64,000 nucleotides of DNA, taken from NCBI GenBank assembly GCA_037441845.1, contig JBBIRK010000001.1, positions 224,001-288,000 on the forward strand, written 5' to 3'. The notes beneath the pieces are model-generated. The model was not told the origin of the DNA, searched no databases, and saw nothing but the letters and a program-made list of their open reading frames with translations. This document shows, one piece after another, positions 38,607-49,669 of the stretch; position 1 is the stretch's first letter; each line of letters starts with the position of its first letter. The DNA is from Candidatus Zixiibacteriota bacterium. Lineage in GTDB: Bacteria; Zixibacteria; MSB-5A5; UBA10806; 4484-95. The position numbers and the translations under genes are program-made.

Positions 38607-40151
38607 TCAATAATTCGTTTCGAAGGCGCCGTTTTTATATGTGGCATAAATGAACCCACGCCCGCTTCCTCTTATATCAAAGCGGTCTTTGAGGTCATTA
38701 AACAAACCATCGGAAAAACTGCCCGGAGAAACGAAAAGCAATTTGCGGCATTCCTCGCTTTTGGGTTTTTGAATACCTCTGATGATCAATCTGAAATCGC
38801 ACTCCAGCTCGGGAAACTTCAGGACACCGGTCCGGAAAATAGCCCGGCAGACCTCATTACGATCGGCATAGATGAATAGCGGCACTCTATGGTACGTGTT
38901 TATGTTAGGGCAGATGCGTAAAAGGGGTTTTCTGATACCGACGGATTCCGAGTAATACTCGGGGTAATCGAACTTGGTCATCAGATAAGAAAAACGCGTG
39001 TCGGCGGGAATCGTGTGTTCGATCCTATCCTCGAAACGCTTGTCGTCGATCCCCTGGATGACCATGGCCGCGCCGCGGGCAAGAAGTAGAATCAACGATG
39101 TCAATGTTATCGATTTGATCAGCCTTTCCGATGGTTTTTTGCCGATAGTCAGCGCTGCGGCGCAAATAAAAATGACTCCGAGCCAGAACGGCCTATCCCC
39201 CTTGAAACCGAATCCCATGATTTTATATGGCATAACCAAGGCCAAAAGCAAAAAGCCGATTCCTATTACCATCTTGGCGTTTTTCAACGACTCCCGATAA
39301 TTTCCTTTTAGCTGAAAATGAATGAACAAAAAAAGAGCCGTCATCACCAATAGATTTATCGCGACGATTATAACCATCATGGTATTCGAAGCGAAATCAT
39401 TGAAACGATAAAGCACCGCCAATGATATGTAATAGGCGCCCAATTTACCGAACACGTCATAAAGCCAAATTGTTTGCGATCCCAGTTCTCCTGAATACTT
39501 GGCCAAATATATTATGAATAGAATCGTCACCGGCAGTAAAGCCACCGCGACCGATCCCATATCTAAATATTTTTTCGATCCATAGAACACCCTCATCGAC
39601 AAGACCGTGATCACGGCCGCCACTAAAACGATAAAGTGAATGTAATACAACAAGAGAAATAGAATCGAGTAAATCAATGTATTCACCCAGGACCGCTTAA
39701 TAGACAATGGCTCGGCTGCGAAAATCAAATAAAGCGCCAGACCGAAATTGAAAGAAAGATAACCATAGAAGAAGAAAATCGATGGTGTAAAAAAAGCGGC
39801 AAAGGCGCCGGCCAGCGTACGATTGACTTGAGAATCGCCGAATACCCGCTTAAAACCAATAAACAGCAACAGAAATGTAACGGCGGAAAAAATCCTTCCA
39901 GCCAGGTCCGGTGAAACTAAAAAATTCATCAAGCCCATTATTATAGTCAGAGCCGAGTTCGGAATCACCGGCGCTCTAATGGTGAAATTCTCCGTGAATT
40001 CGGCATTCGATTGCAGCAGTTCTCTGAACACTTTCGCCTGGTATATCCAATCCGCGTAATCCTGAAACGGCAGGCGCGGGGCGATAAACATGCAAAGAAC
40101 AAACGCGATTACCGATAAGTTAAGAGCGCTTTTCATTATGTTGTTATTCAT
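38607..40151 (-). CDS. Polytopic membrane protein (GT-C-like, unknown function)
   Basis: LPFQDYADW N-terminal loop, many TM helices, C-terminal soluble domain. Confidence 0.6.
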   Translation of the reverse strand: MNNNIMKSALNLSVIAFVLCMFIAPRLPFQDYADWIYQAKVFRELLQSNAEFTENFTIRAPVIPNSALTIIMGLMNFLVSPDLAGRIFSAVTFLLLFIGFKRVFGDSQVNRTLAGAFAAFFTPSIFFFYGYLSFNFGLALYLIFAAEPLSIKRSWVNTLIYSILFLLLYYIHFIVLVAAVITVLSMRVFYGSKKYLDMGSVAVALLPVTILFIIYLAKYSGELGSQTIWLYDVFGKLGAYYISLAVLYRFNDFASNTMMVIIVAINLLVMTALFLFIHFQLKGNYRESLKNAKMVIGIGFLLLALVMPYKIMGFGFKGDRPFWLGVIFICAAALTIGKKPSERLIKSITLTSLILLLARGAAMVIQGIDDKRFEDRIEHTIPADTRFSYLMTKFDYPEYYSESVGIRKPLLRICPNINTYHRVPLFIYADRNEVCRAIFRTGVLKFPELECDFRLIIRGIQKPKSEECRKLLFVSPGSFSDGLFNDLKDRFDIRGSGRGFIYATYKNGAFETNY

Positions 40152-40341
40152 GCCTTAATTAGTAGGCCGATCATGCGATAAAGTCAATCTTATTTTGGCG
40201 CTGGATTACCCCATGATCGGGAATACACCGAAACGAAATCGTAAATCCCGAATCACCACGTATTCATCGATCGGAAATTATAACGAAGATTATTAAAATC
40301 GCTTTCGGTCAGGTTATCCAGACCCGGGCCATGTGGTGTGT

Positions 40342-41088
40342 TTAATGATGATCATCGGAGAAGAACTGGCTGTCGGCTTTGCAGGCGGGCACTATCGCAT
40401 TTGTATCGATGCGCGATAGATAGGTCAATACGCCTTCGCCCGTTCTTTTCGACAGCAAAAGCCCCTTTTCGGTCTCGCAAAGCATCTTGTAAATGCGCCC
40501 TTCGTGCTTTTGATACAAATATCGGGCCGTGACCGCGGCGTCGTTTAGACCACGCTCATCGTCATCGATCTGCAACAACCTTTCGATCAATCCCCCCGCG
40601 CATATCGAATCTTCTATAGAAAATTTTCCGGGTCTGCCGGCGCAAAAAATTATTATCCTCCTTGAAGCCGCCAACTTATCCGCCAACGCACCGATATTGT
40701 TGAAACCGCCGATATAAATCCGCGGGGCGATGTTTCTGATTGCCACCAATCCGGCAAGTTCCTCCGAAAGCAACACCAAATCTTTTCCGGAGCTTTGCAC
40801 CTGACCGATTTCCGTCGGAGTGAAGCCCAAGTCGAACCCCCCGATTATGCGTCCGTCCTTTTCGCCACATAAAAGAACGTTTTCTGCGCCCAAAAAATCG
40901 CGCAGGCGAAATGCCTCGTCAGCAGTCGTCGCGGGCACAATGCGCTTTATGCCCTGCTCGAAAGCGGCGATCACTATGGCGCTGATTCCGAAAACATCGA
41001 TTATGACCACGACATCGGCCTTCCCTCCGGCCGTCGTCATATCCTCGATCGAGTAGAAAATCGAAATTTCCCGCGGCAAGTCGTGCAT
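40342..41088 (-). CDS. 2-phosphosulfolactate phosphatase (ComB)-like protein with degenerate motifs
   Basis: VVIIDV, LLCGEKDG, CAG..GKFSIEDSICAGGL; downstream of gcvT. The DVLRA, GNSP and TTNGT motifs are altered. Confidence 0.8.
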   Translation of the reverse strand: MHDLPREISIFYSIEDMTTAGGKADVVVIIDVFGISAIVIAAFEQGIKRIVPATTADEAFRLRDFLGAENVLLCGEKDGRIIGGFDLGFTPTEIGQVQSSGKDLVLLSEELAGLVAIRNIAPRIYIGGFNNIGALADKLAASRRIIIFCAGRPGKFSIEDSICAGGLIERLLQIDDDERGLNDAAVTARYLYQKHEGRIYKMLCETEKGLLLSKRTGEGVLTYLSRIDTNAIVPACKADSQFFSDDHH

Positions 41089-41297
41089 ATTCCAATGTAT
41101 CGGAAATAACCGCTGTCGATAGAGAATTTATCGCTCAAAAGCGGCAACCGTTCCGTCACCAGATTTTCATTTCCGGTCTTACTGCGATATCTCTCCAGCT
41201 CACCCACTATCACCTTAATCGCAGATGTCGCAGGTCTTGCTTATCGCGCGCCGCGAAAGTTCGCCGCCCAACGCCTGAAAGGCCTTGATCGTTCCGG

Positions 41298-42392
41298 CTA
41301 TTTATGAGTAGCCGCTTTATAAAACGGCGTCTTTGCAACTCTGGCCGGATGTTTTTGCCCGCGCACGTCTATTTCGATCTGCTTGCCGATTTCAGCGTAT
41401 TCGACCGGCACATATCCCATGCCTATCGCGGTCTTCAGCGATGGCGAAAACACACCCGAGGTGACCTCGCCGATTTTCCGGTCCCCGTCATATATGGAAT
41501 AATGCTGGCGCGGAAATACTTTCCCGGGCATCTCAAAACCTATCAACTTGCGCTTGAGGCCCTTTTCTTTTATTCGAACGAGCGCCTGTTTCCCGATAAA
41601 ATCCTGCTTATCGAGCTTGACGACCCATCCCAATCCGGCCTCAAGAGGGTTCGTTTCTTCCCAAATATCATTGCCATATAGAGCGAATTTCATTTCCAGG
41701 CGAAGCGAATCGCGGGCGCCCAAGCCGACCGGCCCGCCGCCGTTATCGACGACAGCTTCATAACAGGCCTCCCAAAGTTTCTCCGCCAGACGATTCGGAA
41801 TGTACAATTCGAATCCATCTTCGCCGGTGTAACCGGTTCGCGAAAACATTATTTTCTCGCCAGCGACCCGCCCGAACGCCGCATGATAATATTTGAGTTC
41901 CGCGATCGGGAAATCGGTCAACGATGACATGACTCCAGCTGCCTGCGGCCCCTGAATAGCGATCAACGAGGTCTCATCGGAAATATTCCTGAGCCGGACT
42001 CCATCGGTAAGATACTTCTCGATATGCGCATAATCCTTGGCGATATTCGAGGCGTTGACCACCATGAAGATTCGATCTTTGAAATTATAAACCAGTAGGT
42101 CATCGACGATCCCGCCGTCTTCGTAGCACATACAGGTGTACATAACCTGATTTTCCACGAGCCGATCCAGATCGTTGGTCACAAGATTCTGCACGAAAGC
42201 TCTCGCACCGGGGCCGCTTATTTCGAATTCTCCCATGTGAGTCAAATCGAAAATTCCCACGGCCTGCCTTACCCGCATATGCTCGGCGATCATGGAATCA
42301 TACATGACCGGCATAAGATATCCGGCGAACGTGATCATTTTCGCGCCGAGCCGGCAATGGATATCATAAAATGGGGTTTTCTTTTCAGTCAT
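41298..42392 (-). CDS. gcvT: Glycine cleavage system aminomethyltransferase T
   Basis: FAGYLMPV, FDLTHMGE, SRTGYTGEDGFE and GLGARDSLRLE. Confidence 0.98.
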   Translation of the reverse strand: MTEKKTPFYDIHCRLGAKMITFAGYLMPVMYDSMIAEHMRVRQAVGIFDLTHMGEFEISGPGARAFVQNLVTNDLDRLVENQVMYTCMCYEDGGIVDDLLVYNFKDRIFMVVNASNIAKDYAHIEKYLTDGVRLRNISDETSLIAIQGPQAAGVMSSLTDFPIAELKYYHAAFGRVAGEKIMFSRTGYTGEDGFELYIPNRLAEKLWEACYEAVVDNGGGPVGLGARDSLRLEMKFALYGNDIWEETNPLEAGLGWVVKLDKQDFIGKQALVRIKEKGLKRKLIGFEMPGKVFPRQHYSIYDGDRKIGEVTSGVFSPSLKTAIGMGYVPVEYAEIGKQIEIDVRGQKHPARVAKTPFYKAATHK

Positions 42393-42423
42393 CTTTCCTC
42401 CAATAATCGATTTCTATAGGGAT

Positions 42424-42452
42424 AAGATATGCCGAACGGTATATCGGGTCAA
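42424..42452 (-). promoter_or_regulatory. Candidate sigma70 promoter of gcvT
   Basis: Minus strand TTGACC-N17-TATCTT. Confidence 0.5.
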
Positions 42453-42677
42453 CCTAATTAACCACCTCGGTCCAAAGGCCTCGGCACCAATCGCATCTTC
42501 GGACTCAAGTTCCGGCTGTAACTCGAAGCCGAAGTCGATTCAGCGCTTTCGGGATTTTAATTTCCCCAAAAAAATCTTATATTATTAGGGGAATAGAAAC
42601 ATAGGCTCATAAATATCTGTTTATATACATTTGCGGTGGAAAAACTTTGAATCTTGACCGATAACCAGGAGCCGGCC

Positions 42678-43982
42678 ATGCCCCAGAATCAATCAACGGG
42701 TAAAATAGTGATTTTCGAAGACAAAGAGAAAGTCTCGGCGTTCACCAATGCGATAAAGCAGTTCGATCGCGCCTCAGCGATTTTGAATTTGACTCCCAAC
42801 CAAGTTGCATTAGCCAAAGAGCCGCGCAAGATAATGGAAGCGATGCTGCCGGTGCGGATGGACGACGGGCGGATCGAGACGTTCAGGGCTTTTAGAGTTC
42901 AGCACAGCATCGCCCGCGGGCCTGCCAAGGGCGGAGTGCGATTCCATCCCGACGTCAATCTCGATGAAGTCAAGGCTTTGGCCTTCTGGATGACTTACAA
43001 ATGCGCCGTCGTCGGCATACCGATGGGGGGCGCCAAAGGCGGAGTGGTGGTCGATCCGCGGAAGCTGTCGATCGGGGAACTCGAGCGGTTGTCCCGTCGC
43101 TATTTCGCTGAAATGATCAGCCTGTTCGGCCCCGATCGCGACGTGCCCGCCCCCGATGTCAACACCAACCCGCAGATCATGGCTTGGTTCATGGACACTT
43201 ATTCGATGCACTTCGGCGATTATATCCCGGCCGTCGTCACCGGCAAACCGTTGGCTCTGGGCGGATCTCGGGGGCGCAATACCGCGACCGCCCAAGGGAT
43301 GGTCTATGTGGTGCGGCAGGCGGCCAAATACCTTAATTGGGACCTGCCCTCGCGCAGCGTTGCCATACAAGGTTTCGGGAACGCCGGCTCGTTCGCCGCC
43401 TTGTTGCTGTCCAAAATCGGCTGCAAGATCAAGGCGATATCGGATATCGACGGCGCTTTCTACAACGACAGCGGGATCGATCCCGAGAAGGCGATCGAAT
43501 TCGTGCGCCTTAACGGCTCGTTGAAAGATTTTCATCTGACGGGCCAAGCCGAAATTATCAGCAACCCCTTGGAGCTTCTTGAATTGCCGGTAGATATTCT
43601 GATTCCGGCCGCGCTCGAAAATCAGATCACACAAGAAAATGCGCCACGGGTCAAAGCCCGCTTGATCGCCGAATGCGCTAACGGCCCCTGCACACCCGAA
43701 GCCGACGACATTCTCGACGGCAACGGCGTTTTTGTCGTGCCCGATATCCTCTGCAACGCCGGCGGCGTTACCGTCTCGTATCTCGAGTGGGTGCAAAATC
43801 GGATGGGGTATTACTGGAAAGAAAAACGGGTGCAGAAAGATCTGAAAGAGATAATGGACAATTCATTCTTGGCGGTTGTCGAAATCGCCCGCCAATACGG
43901 CGTCAATATGCGCACCGCGGCGTTCATTGTCGGTATCAAGCGGGTCATCGAGGCAAGCGAACTGAGAGGACTTTACGCTTAA
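42678..43982 (+). CDS. Glu/Leu/Phe/Val dehydrogenase (GudB/RocG/archaeal-type glutamate dehydrogenase)
   Basis: GPAKGGVRFHP, MTYKCA, GGAKGG, PAPDV, VTGKP, GFGNAG, ECANGP and NAGGVTVSYLEW; ATG 42678 after AGGAG. Confidence 0.95.
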   Translation: MPQNQSTGKIVIFEDKEKVSAFTNAIKQFDRASAILNLTPNQVALAKEPRKIMEAMLPVRMDDGRIETFRAFRVQHSIARGPAKGGVRFHPDVNLDEVKALAFWMTYKCAVVGIPMGGAKGGVVVDPRKLSIGELERLSRRYFAEMISLFGPDRDVPAPDVNTNPQIMAWFMDTYSMHFGDYIPAVVTGKPLALGGSRGRNTATAQGMVYVVRQAAKYLNWDLPSRSVAIQGFGNAGSFAALLLSKIGCKIKAISDIDGAFYNDSGIDPEKAIEFVRLNGSLKDFHLTGQAEIISNPLELLELPVDILIPAALENQITQENAPRVKARLIAECANGPCTPEADDILDGNGVFVVPDILCNAGGVTVSYLEWVQNRMGYYWKEKRVQKDLKEIMDNSFLAVVEIARQYGVNMRTAAFIVGIKRVIEASELRGLYA

Positions 43983-44175
43983 AACCGTTTCCCCTGAAAG
44001 AATCAGAACCGAACCTGAACCGTTGCCGCATGCTCCAGGTTCACCATCCAAAATCGCGCGACTCCGCGTTCGATATTCATAATATCGAGCACCGCCAAAC
44101 CGCCCCATGGCAAATAGGAGGTTTTCATTTTTAACTGACTTGCGGAATCCCACCTGAATCCTTTCAACATTTTCC

Positions 44176-44203
44176 TTGACTGTCGGCCGTAATTCGCTAT
44201 TTT
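44176..44203 (+). promoter_or_regulatory. Candidate sigma70 promoter of gdhA
   Basis: TTGACT-N16-TATTTT. Confidence 0.5.
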
Positions 44204-44217
44204 TCGACCCTGAGGAA

Positions 44218-44235
44218 TTGTGAAAAATTGAACAA
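44218..44235. promoter_or_regulatory. Candidate Rex operator
   Basis: TTGTGAA-AAAT-TGAACAA versus consensus TTGTGAA-N4-TTCACAA (2 mismatches), just downstream of the predicted -10. Confidence 0.45.
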
Positions 44236-44291
44236 TCCCCGTTTGAAATATTAGTTGGGTGTCGCCTTTACATGACTCAGGAAAAGGCTAA

Positions 44292-45650
<1,359 letters not shown>

Positions 45651-45679
45651 GTTACGACTAATCGAATATCTTTGCGCAG

Positions 45680-45707
45680 AACGACCCCGCCCGGGGTCGT
45701 TTTTTTT
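45680..45707 (+). terminator. Intrinsic terminator after gdhA
   Basis: ACGACCCC-gccc-GGGGTCGT followed by a T run. Confidence 0.85.
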
Positions 45708-45809
45708 GGCATATACCGCAATGTTGAGCACATGGCTGAAAATTAAAATCGATCCCGCTATAATCCGTCGGCTGTTTCGCCGGGCCCAAAATGCGAACTA
45801 TGGAGAAAT

Positions 45810-45852
45810 AAAAAAACAGCAGGGATCCGTTGAAGATCCCTGCTGCGTTTTT
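45810..45852. terminator. Bidirectional intrinsic terminator
   Basis: CAGCAGGGATC...GATCCCTGCTG 11-bp stem flanked by an A run and a T run. Confidence 0.85.
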
Positions 45853-45886
45853 CATTGCCCTCTTAAGGCATGAAATTCAAGATCGA

Positions 45887-48800
45887 CTATTTCAGCGATT
45901 CGATATTTTCGATCGGTGTCGGCCTGATGATGGGCGGCGGAAAGAAGTGGCAATAGCTTAAAGTGGCATTTCCTTTGAAATAAGCCACCAGCCTGGTGAT
46001 ATCCGAGCCCCTGAATTCGCAGTTGCCGTTGACATCGCCGGCCACGTACAGATAACCGCCGGTCGAATCCATATAGCAGCTATCCGGCGGCGGACCACCG
46101 ATTCCCTTGAAGTAGCGCACACCGAACGTAACGTCACCGCCGATACGGTTGCCGTCGCCGTTGATATCGCCGGGCACGTATTCGCAGGGAGTGCCTCCGC
46201 CACAGTCATAGCCGGTGTTCAAATCGGCGTCGGAACGCGGCACAAGGCGCCAAGCCCCGCGTCTCCAGCGAACCACACCGGTCAGACCCGCCACCGTGCT
46301 GCCCGTCGTGGGAACGGTGTAGCTGCGGTGAGCCGCCTCGCCCTCTATAGAGATCGTGTCGCCGGTGGTCAGTGAAAACAGATAATGAGAGTAGGCATCG
46401 GGAACGCCGGGAGTTCCGACCTCCAAAGAATCGCACAGCTTGACCAGTGAACCCTCGAACCGTTCGTTGTTCAGGGCCGGGCCGTTATAGCGGAAATCAC
46501 CGGCATTGGTCGTTTGGTAGCTCGGTTGGGGGCTTCCTCCCTGGCCGACAAGATACACGTTGCGATAAGTGCCGAGGTAATCGAGCTCGGTCTCGCCGAA
46601 ATATTCGCGCACCTGAGCCGTCACCACCGCCGTATCGCCGATTGCCGGCCAATAGCTGCCCAGCCAGCTTTGCGGCGCCGGCATGTAAATCAAGACGCCG
46701 TTGAAATAATCGCCGCTGTTGTCACGGATATAAAAGTTGTTCGGATAATATGAGGAAGTATCGGCGATGAAAACTCCTTTTACCGTGACAACCTCGTTCA
46801 GCATCGGGCTTGGTGCAGTGGAATCGAACGAATTCGGCGTCTGGATCATGCTGATAGGAGTGAATCCCTGCCAGAACCGCACGCTGTCGGGATTGGTCAT
46901 CTGGATGCCGCTCGAGTCAATGACGCCCTGCGTAATCAAGGTATCACCGACTCCATTTCCCTGGGTCGCGGTGGTCAGCAACACCCGACGGCGGGTCGTC
47001 GTATCGAATTCGGCTGCTGTCACGGCGATTCCGCTCTTAAGTTGATAGTTGCCGGGTATCTCGGCCGAGGCCTCCTGCATCGCCCTGTCGAACATCGCCA
47101 TGAGATGAGTGTTGTCGATCGACCAGGCCCCGATAAGATTAGCCTGCGGAATAACCAGCGGCACATAATCGGATGCTTTGCGCGGCAGCAACATGTATTC
47201 GTTGTCGTAGCCGGTGCGGCCCTCCCACTTGATCACACCGACGATCGAAAGATAACGCGCCCCCTGCGATGGCGCCGGATTGGGCTGATCGGCACCGTAG
47301 GTCCAAAGATCGTTGTCCATGGGGATCGAGTCCGACGTGGAATTATCCGTTATCCACCATTTGCCGGTTATCGAACTGCCGGAAAGCACGGTGACGCTGT
47401 CGATTTTCACCAGAACGTTCTCGAACGCTTCGGCGCCGAAATTGCAACCGTTGATAAGGTCGATAATTCTGACATCGGTGGTTTCAGGCAGCGGCTGGCC
47501 ATTTGCCAATATCGTATAGCTGACCAGACTGTCGATCTCCGTCCAACCATAATACTCCTTCACCCTTCCGGTCAATTCGATCTTGTCACCGATAGCCGGG
47601 TGAACCGTGTCGGTTCCGGCGGTGAAATCGTAAACGTAAATACCGGTCCAGGCAGCCCCGCCTCCGGGATTGTAGCTATCCTGAACATAGAAGCCGTGGA
47701 TGTAGGGGAACGACGTATCCTGGGCGACCGCGGTGACGATCCCGCAGATATTCACCAGGTTTCCTTCCTCCGGAGATATAAAGCAGGACGAATCGGTTCC
47801 CTGATTGAATGTGAATTCGATGTTGTAGATGCTATCGGCCGGTGCGCAACTATCGGAGGCCGGCACCACGTCGGAAGCGAATCTCGGATTGACGCTGTAA
47901 GACCCATGGGAATAGCTGACATGACCGATTATGCGGGTGTATTGCTGGCCCAAAACCAAAGGAGCCGGCTGGTTGCCGCCGAGACGGTAGTCATCGTCGT
48001 CGACAGCGCAAGAATCCGTAGCGCCTGGCGTTTTTATCCAGGCCACTCCAAACGAGTCTGGGGCAACAACACATGTCGCATTAAGCAACTTTACCAACAT
48101 CCCTTCGAACGACTCGGCGGTGGCATTGCAGGCGGACTGGATTTGATCGGACGTTACCTGCGTGGTGCATATCGGGTTGCCGCTCGATATAAGGGAAACC
48201 GACTGAACATTGCCGATTTCCGTCATGCCGTAATACTCGTTTACCACGCCGCGGACCCTTACTTTTTGGCCGATCGAAGGGGTATAGCTGTTTTGATAAA
48301 CGAAAATTCCTCTCCAGAGAGCGCTGTCGCAATCCTGAATATAAAAATCCTGGCGGGTCCCTTGAGGAATGCCGGAAACCACCCCTGTTACGTTCAAGGT
48401 ATCTCCCCAATACGGCGAAGGATAACACGTATCACCGGTTCCCGGGATGGTATTGTTGAATTGGATCGTGGTGATCGGCGTCGAGGCCACGTTCGAATCC
48501 TGTACGGTGTAGCTATAGGTGGCCGATTGCGTGCGCGCGGAACTATCGTCTATGGCAACCACGTAGTATTCGACCAGCGTGCCTGCCGGTCTTTGGCCTA
48601 TAGTGTACCAGTAATAATCGCCGACGATGCTATCGTGATAAACCGGATTGAAAGTCAAGGGAGTCGTCTGAATATACAAGCTGTCATTGACTATATTGTG
48701 GTCATCGACAATCGTGGCTCTCACGGTAGTGTTGCTCTCTACATAAACATTGGGAAACGGATACCGGAACACTTGAGAAATGGTCGGAGGCTGGTTGCCT

Positions 48801-49357
48801 GCTCCCGCCGAAGGTCCGAACATCTCGAAATCGTCGATGTAAATAGTGGCATCACCGTCCCAGTTGGCGGGTACATCGTAAAACCTCAGCCCCACCTGGA
48901 CGCTGGTGGCCGCGGTCGGAGCCACGGCGCTCCAACCCCATTTGGTCCAATTCGGACTGTCGGACGTATACGAGAGGTAATAACTGGTGCTTCCCGTGCT
49001 CCATCGGAAAAAGATAGTAGCCCTTCCGGCAACGTCGTTATCGTAGTAATACAGACTACAGCTGTAGGTGGAATCGCCGATTACCGCGACCGGATCGGAG
49101 AGAAGTTCGCAAATCGTCTGAGTCGGCGATATCCAGGTGAAATTAACGCTATAGCTTCCCCCATGCACCGGCGACGTAGCTTGGGTGGCGCTCGAACTAT
49201 CGGCGTTGGTTATCCGCCAGTTGTCCGGCGGCCCGCCAGCACCGTTTTCGACCCATGACTCGAATCCGGTGTTCTGCAGCAACTGGACCGCTTGACCGGA
49301 AGCAGTCATCGCCAGCGCCGCCAGCATCACCATTAGAATCTTGTAACTTGTCTTCAT
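45887..49357 (-). CDS. Large secreted protein: CBM-like N-terminus, three tandem OB-fold (YhcR/ExeM-like) units, Ig-like domains, dockerin-like tail
   Basis: Signal peptide, NTGFESW CBM-like start, three repeats of I..I..SP..V.V.G...FY[IV][QR]D...G[IV][FYL][VI]Y...P.IG..V.EY[YF]G.TE...E.FE..LVK, dockerin-like tail. Confidence 0.8.
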   Translation of the reverse strand: MKTSYKILMVMLAALAMTASGQAVQLLQNTGFESWVENGAGGPPDNWRITNADSSSATQATSPVHGGSYSVNFTWISPTQTICELLSDPVAVIGDSTYSCSLYYYDNDVAGRATIFFRWSTGSTSYYLSYTSDSPNWTKWGWSAVAPTAATSVQVGLRFYDVPANWDGDATIYIDDFEMFGPSAGAGNQPPTISQVFRYPFPNVYVESNTTVRATIVDDHNIVNDSLYIQTTPLTFNPVYHDSIVGDYYWYTIGQRPAGTLVEYYVVAIDDSSARTQSATYSYTVQDSNVASTPITTIQFNNTIPGTGDTCYPSPYWGDTLNVTGVVSGIPQGTRQDFYIQDCDSALWRGIFVYQNSYTPSIGQKVRVRGVVNEYYGMTEIGNVQSVSLISSGNPICTTQVTSDQIQSACNATAESFEGMLVKLLNATCVVAPDSFGVAWIKTPGATDSCAVDDDDYRLGGNQPAPLVLGQQYTRIIGHVSYSHGSYSVNPRFASDVVPASDSCAPADSIYNIEFTFNQGTDSSCFISPEEGNLVNICGIVTAVAQDTSFPYIHGFYVQDSYNPGGGAAWTGIYVYDFTAGTDTVHPAIGDKIELTGRVKEYYGWTEIDSLVSYTILANGQPLPETTDVRIIDLINGCNFGAEAFENVLVKIDSVTVLSGSSITGKWWITDNSTSDSIPMDNDLWTYGADQPNPAPSQGARYLSIVGVIKWEGRTGYDNEYMLLPRKASDYVPLVIPQANLIGAWSIDNTHLMAMFDRAMQEASAEIPGNYQLKSGIAVTAAEFDTTTRRRVLLTTATQGNGVGDTLITQGVIDSSGIQMTNPDSVRFWQGFTPISMIQTPNSFDSTAPSPMLNEVVTVKGVFIADTSSYYPNNFYIRDNSGDYFNGVLIYMPAPQSWLGSYWPAIGDTAVVTAQVREYFGETELDYLGTYRNVYLVGQGGSPQPSYQTTNAGDFRYNGPALNNERFEGSLVKLCDSLEVGTPGVPDAYSHYLFSLTTGDTISIEGEAAHRSYTVPTTGSTVAGLTGVVRWRRGAWRLVPRSDADLNTGYDCGGGTPCEYVPGDINGDGNRIGGDVTFGVRYFKGIGGPPPDSCYMDSTGGYLYVAGDVNGNCEFRGSDITRLVAYFKGNATLSYCHFFPPPIIRPTPIENIESLK
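45933..46186 (-). repeat. Dockerin-like tail coding repeat, copy 3
   Basis: CEYVPGDINGDGNRIGGDVTFGVRYFKG...CHFFPP. Confidence 0.85.
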
Positions 49358-49669
49358 ACTCTCCCTTCTAATTGAGGTTTTTTTGTGATTAAGACGTAAC
49401 TTTTATTCACTATCACCCGCTTTTCGTCGGGTGATCGCATAAATAGACCTATCGGTTAGCTTGTTATAAGCCTTCGATTGGCGCATTATTAACTTTTCGG
49501 GCAGATACTCCACCTATCCGGATTACGGTTTGCCGGTTTCCTGTTTACTTATCGGTTCTCTCTTTTTGCCTGCCGGCGATGTGAGTCTGACTCGTTCCGC
49601 CGGCTGATCCTGAAGATTACTTTAACTCATTCGGCAGGGCGGCATTCCACGCTTAACGCCGCCGAATTT

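Noticed and set aside
41089..41297. Possible glycine riboswitch near gcvT (GGAGAGA and CTTTCAGG words; 11-bp inverted repeat 41182-41192/41223-41233)
   Set aside because: It lies downstream of gcvT and the motifs are in the wrong order. The gcvT leader itself is too short to hold one.
42810..43796. 328-aa minus-strand ORF
   Set aside because: Antisense shadow of glutamate dehydrogenase.
47042..49258. 738-aa plus-strand ORF
   Set aside because: Antisense shadow of the well-formed 1156-aa gene; Arg-rich, with no motifs and no evident SD.
49358..49669. Possible c-di-GMP or fluoride riboswitch upstream of the 1156-aa gene
   Set aside because: Only isolated words (GGCAAAC, GGCGATG) and hairpins; the full consensus is not recognisable without an Rfam scan.
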